From NCBI GenBank assembly GCA_951406725.2, contig OX597814.1, positions 90,892,001-90,956,000 of the forward strand: DNA of 64,000 nucleotides, given 5' to 3'. A program made the translations under genes and the position numbers. Under the pieces are notes generated by a model. That model made no database searches. It had not been told where the DNA came from and saw only the letters and a list, made by a program, of their open reading frames with translations. This DNA is from Octopus vulgaris. Lineage: Eukaryota. Each line of letters starts with the position of its first letter. Position 1 is the first letter of the stretch. Shown here piece after piece: positions 53,366-64,000 of this stretch.

Positions 53366-56207
53366 ATATATATATATGTGTGTGTGTGTGTGTATAACAT
53401 ATTTGTGTGTCTAAGTGTATCCGCGTGTGCTTCTATGTTTGTGGGAGCATATTTATAAACTCGGACGTGCACGAGCCTTTTGGCATAAGATGATTAAGGA
53501 ACTACGTAATCTATGGTGAACGCAGTTTCTTGAAAAATCCAGGAGAGGCTACCACTAACATTTCCGTACATGTTGCCCCACTCTCTGATCACTATATGAA
53601 TTTATTTATTTATTTCGCAATCCGTAACATGTATCCTATAGGAATCAGAGCCGCTAACACTTAATTGAACAAAAAGTTGCCGAACGTCACCTCACCGCCG
53701 CCACAAAGTAATTTCTGCCTCATGTGTGAACTTTTGGTGTGTGTATGTGCACGTTGCTGCACTTTATGAAATATAAAGTACTAATACACTTGAATTGGTA
53801 ATCCGGTTCCAAGTACTGACCATATAGCTAGAACACTCCACATCCCCTTTCGAAAACTAACTGTCTAGAAATGGACACATCCACTGCAACAATGTGCTTA
53901 GTTGTCAATTTCTAATGAACTACGGATATCTACATGTTTTGATATTGCATTGTATACCACATACACTGCATGAAACTATGGAACTCTGCTGGAAACATAC
54001 ATCCGCAAATCAACATTTGCATTATATAAAAGAACACTATCACACCTAATACGTTGCACTTGAGTGCAATGAATGGACTCTGAAAATCTGAAGACGTATG
54101 AGTTATTTCTAATTAACTGAAAATACAAATTCTATCACCAATAGACTCGTACACTGGGAAGCTGATTAGTTATTTTAAGGGTGTGCGAGTAATTACTCGA
54201 CGATCAATCCATCATGTCAAATCTTACAAGTCCAAATTTCCCCATGTTATTAATGAGTGTTTACGTACTTTCTTGGATAATTTGTGAAATAAGGAAAATT
54301 ACCCTGGAAACAAGAAGAAAACAAATCCGCGGCAATCTTAAAACAGCATCCTTGCTTTTAAAATATTCTTCTTCTTCCTTCAGTATGTTTCCTTTATTTT
54401 ACTGAATACATCAGTTAAAATATTTACCTACAATGGTACGTATATAACATAAAATATTTATAGCTAATACACTAAAACACAAATTCACGTTTTACTTCTC
54501 CATTTTCGATGAGTATATATGTAAAAAAAAATGCAATTCTCTAAGCAGAAGAATAATTTTATCAAACAAACACATGCATAGTGAACATAATTCATTGAGA
54601 TTTATTTTCAAAAAACGCCTAATTTTGAAATATCTGTATGTTTTTTCATAAAAATCGATCGATCAGCGCTGTTAAATATTGTCGCGTATGAAGCACTCTT
54701 TTAAATAAAGATAGGAGTAATAAGATGTGACGTAGTTATGGAGTTATTTTACCTAATGCTATTGTCGTTCCTGTGATTGATTCTTCGATAATCTATTGTG
54801 ATATCTGCATATAGTAATGTACTTTCCCATCATTATTTGATTGAAGAATTTATTTAATAATCTGCTTGTTCGTTCACCTGTTATACATTAGTTAGTTAGA
54901 AGTGGATGAGGAGTAAGGGTGAGACGGAGAGAGAGGGGGGAGAAGGATGAGTGAAGAAAGAACAGTGGAAGAAGAGACAGGTGATTAATATCAATACATT
55001 TAGGCTAACTGAGAGCTGAAGGTAGAGGCGACGAACGAGAGAAAAAGACGGCGAGAGAAAAAGCAGGAGAGAAAAGTGTTAGCGATGTACAGTGGGATGG
55101 AGAAGGAATACTTATTAAGTGGTAAAAATTTAGCTGAAAAGAAAGGTAGAGAGACACATAGATAGAGTGTAAGAGAGAATGAGAGAGAGAGTGTGTGTAT
55201 GTGTGAGAGAGAGGCATATAGCAGTGGTGGGTGTATTGATATTGAAATGTATTTTTTTTATTGAACTATTTTTTTATAGCGACTATCACATATTCATAAG
55301 TGCAATTATTTATCGTCTGCTCGCTTAAGAATATTCATATTTTTTATAAGGGTTAACTTAGACTCTTTATTCACAAAGAAGACGGATGCAAGCTGACGGG
55401 GAGAGGATATATAAATACAGAGCGCAGATACACAAATACAAAGCGAGCTGATATGAAGAAAAGAGGAACAAGACAAAAGCCTGCGGATACTATTCTTAAA
55501 TAGTTCCTCTTAAATTTTCCATTCCATAGAATTTAAACGGATCCAACTTATATTATATTAATACAATTATTTCTAAATCCATGAATATGTTTTGAAATTT
55601 CGTACAAAATATCCTCGAAAGTTGCTATTGAAAACCAATCGTATGCACTCCACTCTTTCCTATATTGTATTTTTCTATGTCTAAAGTAAATTGATATGCA
55701 TTGTAAACAAAATTGATATACTAAGACGTTTGTGTACTCTCTCTCTTTCTCACTCACACACACGCGCGAGCGTACATCTTCCTGCACAAAGGTACATGCG
55801 CCTGCACATTCACAAGCAGACAATCGTTCATACCAATGAGAGATATAACCCCAACATATCAGCACCGAAAGTTTGGTTTCGTTTGTCTTTATATATATTG
55901 CTTAAATTATGCACCCTTATGTATACACCTGCTTCTTTTATTTGCATATATAGAGATCCACTTTAACTATTTCAAAATCCATCATGTTTAAGATAAGTGT
56001 CGGTTGGGATTTAACTATTGCATATATATTTTTTATAAAAATTGTATTGAAATGGTTTGTCTAAGAAAGCTTGTTTCCATATGGAATGCAGGGAATAATT
56101 AGATAAATGTCGAATAGGTATATGATTTCGAATTGCAAACTGGCCATTTGTTCTTGATTCTTTCATACAGGAAATACTAAAGATCTACCGGACTAATCCT
56201 TTTATAA

Positions 56208-56380
56208 TGGATTTAAAATGTTGGCACATGGCCGACAATTTTGGAGAAAGTGTAAATCAATTGCATCGATCCTCGCACTCATCTGGTACTTATTTTATTG
56301 ACCCCCGAAGGATGAAAGGCAAAGTCGACCCCGATGGAATTTGAACTCAGAACTTAAAGACGTACGAAATGCCGCTAAGG
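56208..56380 (-). mobile_element. SINE family A copy
   Basis: CTGGTACTTATTTTATTGACCCCCGAAGGATGAAAGGCAAAGTCGACCCCGATGGAATTTGAACTCAGAAC. Confidence 0.9.
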
Positions 56381-56779
56381 ATTTATATATTTATATAACT
56401 TAATCATTATGACACTATTAGAAAATACGTCAGATAATCGTTGATATTGATATAAAATGGCACAGAAGCATTTTTACAATCTTGGCAAGATATACTTCTA
56501 TATGTACAAATTAATTTCGACTTATTTAATCTTTTAGTATATGCTTCATTGGCAATAATCAAGGTTAAACTGACTCGCTCCAACATAACAGCCGCAAAGA
56601 GTAAATTTAGCATCATCCCATGTCACTAAGAATATGACACACCTTCCATACTTCAAAATCTTTTGTTTAAGATGTGCGGTGGATTGAGAAGTGAAAAACT
56701 CCGCTCGAGACCAGTGCTACCAGATATTCATTCCTAATACCATGCGTCATATGTTATTTGATGTTAAGTATAATAGCAA

Positions 56780-56925
56780 TTAAATAGACATCAAGTATTG
56801 ACGATTACGTGTTTTCCTGAAACCAGAATGATCGAAGGCTAAGTCAAACAGAGGACGATTTTAATTGAAAAATTAAATCGACGCAATAGCGTCTTCTGAC
56901 GCGTTAAGGATTCCATCATTCACTG
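56780..56925 (-). mobile_element. SINE family A, very decayed
   Basis: GAATGATCGAAGGCTAAGTCAAAC..GCGTTAAGGATTCCATCATTCACTGC aligns weakly to the family. Confidence 0.4.
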
Positions 56926-57527
56926 CACACTTTTCGATTATAATTAATGAACCAGTGAGATATTCTGCATGTGATAATAGCCGATAGATATAGCAGGCGA
57001 ATCAATTTTGGATGACATCTTGCCATCTAGCAGAAAAACGGACGTTGGATTAGCTGGCCTGAAATAAACTCGTAAGACGGTGATTGGGACGTTCTCTTTA
57101 TTGTAGTGGTAGTGAATTAGAACCGACAAAAAATTAAATAACATCTTATTAATTAAAAGGGATATTGTTAAGAAGTATGACGTTTATTCATAGTTTTCAA
57201 ACACGTAACATGTGTAACTGTCACATATTCTTTGTTAAGTAAGAGTGAACGATATATTTTATGAAATCAAATCAATCCCAATGATTTTCACGAACTAAAT
57301 ATGACATTTTGCATGAGAGGAAAAGAAAACAATATGTCATTCAACAGTAACGGCCTCAAGACTGCCACGGAATCAGGCTCCAAAATTAAATCAGATTCCA
57401 GCAGCTTCGCATATTCGCTTAAATTGAGCCTAAGCCCTCTAGGGTGCCATGACGTCAGTCTCGCTTGGTAGGCATCCGAATACCATCAAAGTTTGGAAGG
57501 ACACAACTATGACTGAGCGATAACAGT

Positions 57528-57584
57528 TTTCTCAAAGTAGTCGCTCTCAGCTTCCACCACAGCTGCAAGACGGCAACGGAATGA
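57528..57584 (-). mobile_element. Possible Tc1/maT transposase C-terminal remnant
   Basis: SFRCRLAAVVEAESDYFEK resembles the F..RL.AV..A.G.YFE C-terminus. The match is short. Confidence 0.5.
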
Positions 57585-57936
57585 GGTGTCTTAACAGAAA
57601 ATTTCTTTTGATAACATAGTCTTCTCTGTGTGTGAACAAGAGAACGTGGAAACGTATGCAAACTGACCCACTTCAGACATAGCTGGTATTGTTTATGTGG
57701 AGGTAAATGTTTCTATTTTAAAATGTGCTTCTTTACGTCTGTTTTTTTTTCCCTACTAAAGTAACCAAGACTCCATATTAAAATGTATATATGCTTCTGT
57801 GCAGCAAGCCTAATGAGTTACCTATATTGCCAGTCGCAATATACATAGTTTGGACCAGCTGCAGTTGACTTTGCTTCGATCTTAAACCTTAAACGTCCCT
57901 ACATTGTAATTTATTGTCTTCTATTATCAATGAATG

Positions 57937-57983
<47 letters not shown>

Positions 57984-58049
57984 ACAGGAAGGGAGGAAAT
58001 TCGGTTAGCCCCTAAATTTCTTATATATATATATATATACTATATACTA

Positions 58050-58368
58050 GATACTCTTTTACTTGTTTCAGTCGACCAAATAGACCCCAGGACTTATTCT
58101 AACGGTCTCTTTTGCCAACGTAAACACACCAGCATCCGTTTTCAAGCGATGTTGGGGGGGGGGGGGCAAACACAGACACACATACATATATATTTACATA
58201 TATTCGACGAGCTTCTTTCAGTTTCCGTCTACCAAATCCACTCACAAGGCTTTTGTCGCCCCGAGGCTATAGCAGAAGACACTTGCCCAAGGTGCCATGC
58301 AGTGGGAATGAACCCAGAGCCATGTGGTTGGTAAGCAAGCTACTTAACACACAGCCACTCCTGCGCCT
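58050..58368 (-). mobile_element. SINE family B with intact 5' end and a shortened tail
   Basis: GCTTCTTTCAGTTTCCGTCTACCAAATCCACTCACAAGGC..GGGAATGAACCC..CACAGCCACTCCTGCGCC. Confidence 0.9.
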
Positions 58369-58446
<78 letters not shown>

Positions 58447-59775
58447 AGAGAGAGAATAGGAGAGAGACACTGGCAGATCGAAACAGGAGAGTGAGTTGAG
58501 GGAATGGAATGAAAAGGAAATTTCGAAATAGCTTTCTTCAGTGAACAGAATCATAGGTTCCTTTTCGAATATGAATAATAATATGCTTATATCAGTCCAC
58601 GTTCTTCGTAAACCCCAACATCCATAATATATATTAGAGCTTGCATATGATAGAATATAAACAACTAGAAACGACGAGGTTCAAAGATATTAAACGAAAG
58701 TAATGTTCCGAGTATTGATTCTCGAATAGATTCCAATTTGGGAACGTTTTATTGGTAGCAGTAAGGAACATAAAGTTACAGATGCGGATGTATTCACAGA
58801 ATATGCGTATTCCGATAAAAGTGGCTCTGTAAACCTTGTATTTGAAAGATGGTACGGGTGCGTAAGTATAATTGCACGCATCGTAGACGTTATATTTACA
58901 GCACATATTTCATAATCCAAATGCTAATCAATTATCTATAAATGTGTGTGTATATAAACCTGCATACGTTTATACATACATGCGTATATTACACACGCAT
59001 ACATATACACACAAGCAAATACACACATCTACAAGCAGATAGCTATACATTCATGCAAACAAACACACACACAGATATATATATGTACATATAGGGAACG
59101 ATGTCTTATATTATATAATCCAAGTTAACCTGAAACAGACTGCTTAGGCATGTTTACATTGCTCTTGTATGATGGTCCTTTCAAAATGGTCTGACCGAAA
59201 GCTATTAAAATTAATATATTTTCATAAGAAACGCTAAACCACTGCTGGCAACACTCCCATAATAATATAACGTCAAGTATCCAGATTATTGTTCAACAAG
59301 ATGGAAAGGTTTATTGCTGTTATTAATAGCAAATCGCAGTTCGCAAATCCACAGACGTACATTCACATACATACTTAGAAAGAATAATTTATTATGAACA
59401 ACAGCATATCGATATAGGAGCCTACGTTTTTGTATAGCAACGCTATAAATGCTTAATAAAAAACTAAATCTAGTATATATTTTGATAAATCTGATTCCAA
59501 TATATTAAGTAACATATTGGTAATTGAATCGTAGGACGAGAATTATAATATCTGGTGTGAATTTCCAGCTTGGATATAGGGCTTTTTTTTAATATACTAA
59601 CTAATCAATGATATCGAACAGTTGCACAACATATGGGAATAGAGTCGCTACTACTTCATGATCAGTCGGCCTTGAAGGATGAATGTAAATATCCATACGA
59701 TAGCATTTACGTAATTACTTTCATCTGAAACGGTTAAATACTCACTCACTTTCTCTCCCTCTCCCCCTTTATACA

Positions 59776-59806
<31 letters not shown>

Positions 59807-59813
59807 GTTGTGT

Positions 59814-59855
<42 letters not shown>

Positions 59856-60218
59856 ACGCACATGCACATACCAGACACACAAACACACGCACACACGTTC
59901 AACTAACTTAAATTAAATATTTAGCGCGGTTAGGTTTAAGTTTCTAATTTCGGTGTCTGTTCATGAACTTCTCTTGGGATGGTTGTTAGAAAGAGCTATG
60001 TGATTTCCTGCAGGCACGAGGTTCTCCTTCGCAAACGGAATTAAAATGCTTTCCCTTTCTATAGTGTGCATAATATAATACATGCATAGAAACACACACA
60101 CACACATTTATATACAAGCATACCGATAAGGATAAAATGCGTGGTTAGCAGCCACGGTTTTTTTCGGATTTAGTCACACTGCCTATCACTTTCACCATGC
60201 ATTCTTTACTCTAGCTTA

Positions 60219-60560
<342 letters not shown>

Positions 60561-60718
60561 TGGGTTTTTTATGTTTTGGCTTATGTCTATCACTGTTTGA
60601 GTTGCCTAATTGTTGTTTTATCTCTAATTTAATTTATATTTATACTATGAAATTTGAGTTAATCCTAAATCTAAGTTTTCCCTGTAAGTTTGGATATACT
60701 CCCTAATATTATTATTAT

Positions 60719-60773
<55 letters not shown>

Positions 60774-60780
60774 ATGTATG

Positions 60781-60844
<64 letters not shown>

Positions 60845-61414
60845 GTGTTATAAAGTTTCTGTATAACACTATATAATTTTCCCGTGTGTTCTATTTTTCG
60901 ACTCTGTCATTTCGACATGTCCAGTATCACTCCCTCGTGGGTGAGGACCTATACAGCTAGCTGTGGTGTATCCCTCCGCGCAGAAGCGTCTCACCAGGTG
61001 ATGTAATAAATGGAATTTAATACGGCATATTGTTAGTGACCGTAGGCCTAACCCGTTGGGCAGGAATGGCGAGGAACAGATTCCGTTGCAAGTTATTGGG
61101 ACAGACATGGAGTGTACCTTTGCAATGGAGGCAAAAGTTTTTATTTTTCATTTCGTTTCTTTCGGGATTTTATCACTAATTTTGTGGTTTTGGAACCTAG
61201 CTATTCTTTCTATCGTGATGAATCCCATGAGTGGATTCCTGTTATGTGTTTAAATATACATTGTGTTTTATGAGTAATACATAGTCTTTGGACTAAATTT
61301 TTTACACGCTAGGCCACAGGAATTGAAAATTTCAATTAATTTCCATTTTCCTTCGATATGAATATATATATATATAAATGCATGTATATATATATATATA
61401 CGTATATATACATA

Positions 61415-61468
<54 letters not shown>

Positions 61469-61954
61469 CATATATATGTTATATCGTGCGAAGTTTGTCA
61501 TTCTAATAATGACGCTTCACAAATTGTTATATCTTCCGTCAATCAGTAAACTCGATTATCGTAAAGTACTTTCTAGTCATTCACCGCATCATATAGTGAC
61601 GATTTTACCTCTGTTTTTCTCAGTGCATCCAAGATAGATATACTGTATTCTTCCATTAATGTAGTTCTTAGAATATGTAAAATCGTATTAGCCTGTGCAT
61701 ATGCATCATTTGGCTAGATTTTTTGAGTCTGTATGTTTTGTGTAGGCAAATATGCACAGGTTTTCTCGCTTTAATGTTCGCTAGAGTTGAGAGGTTTATG
61801 TAAGAATGTTTTTAGTATTCTCTCAATGGTTTTCGCATAAAAATCAAGGCAAACGCAAAACAAAATAATATGCTGCGTACGCACACACACACACACACAC
61901 ATACGCACACACACTGGCGCACATATATATATATACAAATATACTATATGTATG

Positions 61955-62009
<55 letters not shown>

Positions 62010-62024
<15 letters not shown>

Positions 62025-62230
62025 AATATATATAATATGATATAATATAATAGAATAAAATATAATTATATATATATATATGTATACATACATATATATA
62101 TATATATAATCATATACATGTATATGATTATATATATATATATATATGTATGTATACATATATATATATAATTATATTTTATTCTATTATATTATATCAT
62201 ATTATATATATGTCTCTCTCTCTATATATA
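62010..62230. repeat. Spacerless AT-rich palindrome centred at 62118/62119
   Basis: ATAATATGATATAATATAATAGAATAAAATATAATTA..ATCATATACA|TGTATATGAT..TAATTATATTTTATTCTATTATATTATATCATATTAT. Confidence 0.92.
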
Positions 62231-62560
62231 TATTCTTCCATTTGAAGCGTTCTCATCTATTTTGATAGATTTTTGATATGAAATGAAATGGGAGAGGAGG
62301 ATGTGAAGCAATATTGCAGAAGCATTCAAATATGCCATCAAGAACGTTCTCACGTATAAATACGTGATATGCATTCTCACTGAGGATGTCACCCACGTGC
62401 ATGCGCGTACACAGAACAAATGATGATATATATAAGCAGTAGCACTTTTTGGGGATTCATTACCGCATTCACACATACAATGAAACACTGCTCACGCAGA
62501 ACACACTCACGAACACGCGCGCACACATACATACACTATAAAAAGCATACGCGTATAGCT

Positions 62561-62631
<71 letters not shown>

Positions 62632-62632
<1 letters not shown>

Positions 62633-63105
62633 CAATTTTAAAATATTGCGAAAAGGAAGAAAAGCGGGTGAATATATGGACAAAGTACAAGCAATGCATT
62701 AATAAGACGCTCAGAGAAGTTAAAGAGTAATGGTTTTATGTTTTGAGCGTAGCTCTTCTTCACAAACAGGAAAGGCAGGAAACACGGAGGAGAAAATCGC
62801 CAAAACTCATGTACTTTTACATTTTTGAAATGGCCGGAAGTAGAAGGAATGAAGAGAAATTGCTTTCTGGGAGAGGAGGCTGTGAAAATGGTCGGTAGGT
62901 GCGTGCGTGTTTGTGTGGCAGTGTGTGTATGTACGGTAACGTATGTGTGTGTGTGACAGTAACTGCATGAGTGTGTTTGTTCGTAGTGGTAATTGTGTGT
63001 GTGTGTGGTAGCGTGTGTGTGTGTTGTGGTAACTGTGTGTGCGCGTGTTTTAGTAATTGTGTGTGTGTTCGTATGCTCGTGTGGGGATGTGTGTGTGGCG
63101 ATATA
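62632..63105 (-). mobile_element. PLE-type terminal repeat with a dead minimal hammerhead (62734-62766) and GT-rich segment
   Basis: Minus strand TTT-GTGAAGA-A-GAGC-TAC-GCTC-AAA-ACAT-A-AAA; collinear with 2930-3070. Confidence 0.6.
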
Positions 63106-63519
63106 TGAAAACAATAAAACATTTTAAAAAGCAAACAAACCACGCGCATGCGCGAAATTAAAAATATAAAATGGTGACAATTTACACATCGTACCATCTA
63201 TGTATGTATGTATGTATGTATGTATGTATGTATACATGCATGTTTGTATGTATGAATGTTCGTATATATAAATATATATAATATTCAAAGGAATTCCAAC
63301 TCTGTTTTTTTATGTTTTACTTATATTCTTTATAATATTAATGTAGAGTATAGAATATATAGTATAAATAGTATATATAGTAAAATGAAATGAAGTATTG
63401 ATTGAGTAGATGAAATATTGAATATCTAATATTAAGGGACTAGTATACTTTCTTCCATTAAAGCAGTCTTCGAGGTCCCAGGTTGTGACAGGAATGTTTC
63501 AAAGGTACAATCATCATAC

Positions 63520-63572
<53 letters not shown>

Positions 63573-64000
63573 ATATAAATATATATGCATTTACAAACAC
63601 AAATCGACATATAGACGCATATGTGCACTTACACACAGGCTCACACATATATCCATGCATTCAAAAGAATGGTCGCTGTCATTTACAGAACATTAAGGCA
63701 GGTGTGCAGTTTTATTACAGTATTGTTCTTAGGTAAATTTTCTCCTGTATAGACACAGAAGTGTTATATGTTGGCCATTAATCCAGTATAAATTTGCATG
63801 ACGAGTTAAATGTAGCATCCAAATAAGCTATAAGCTATTATGGATATTTTAAAATGAAAGCACTAAAGGGAAACTAATATCGGAAGAATCTCCTTGTCTA
63901 ATGGAACCGGCGGCAGTGTATCAACCAAGACTTGTACTTTCTTTATAGATCTCAGAATGATGGACATTTTCTTGGCTTTGGATTGGATTAAACTCGGAAC

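Overview
AT-rich, microsatellite-saturated eukaryotic non-coding DNA (intergenic or deep intronic). The repeat landscape suggests a coleoid cephalopod, probably Octopus; this is inferred from recalled repeat families, not from a search. I can support no intact host gene, and most supplied ORFs are translations of (TA)n, (CA)n, (GAT)n or (CTT)n repeats. The window is a collection of decayed transposons: CR1/L2-group, RTE, CRE and Tx1/L1 LINE fragments, Penelope-like elements (PLEs) with GIY-YIG remnants, mariner/Tc1/pogo remnants and MITEs, Helitron-like elements and two abundant tRNA-derived SINE families. The main non-obvious signal is about ten type I hammerhead-ribozyme (HHR) motifs, intact to decayed, in PLE-type terminal repeats mostly next to (TA)n tracts. 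They include a non-coding ~690 bp fold-back element carrying two outward-facing hammerheads (11.5-12.2 kb), a canonical GUC hammerhead downstream of a PLE endonuclease remnant (47.9 kb), and a family with a variant CUGUUGA core. Element boundaries are approximate and were read by eye.
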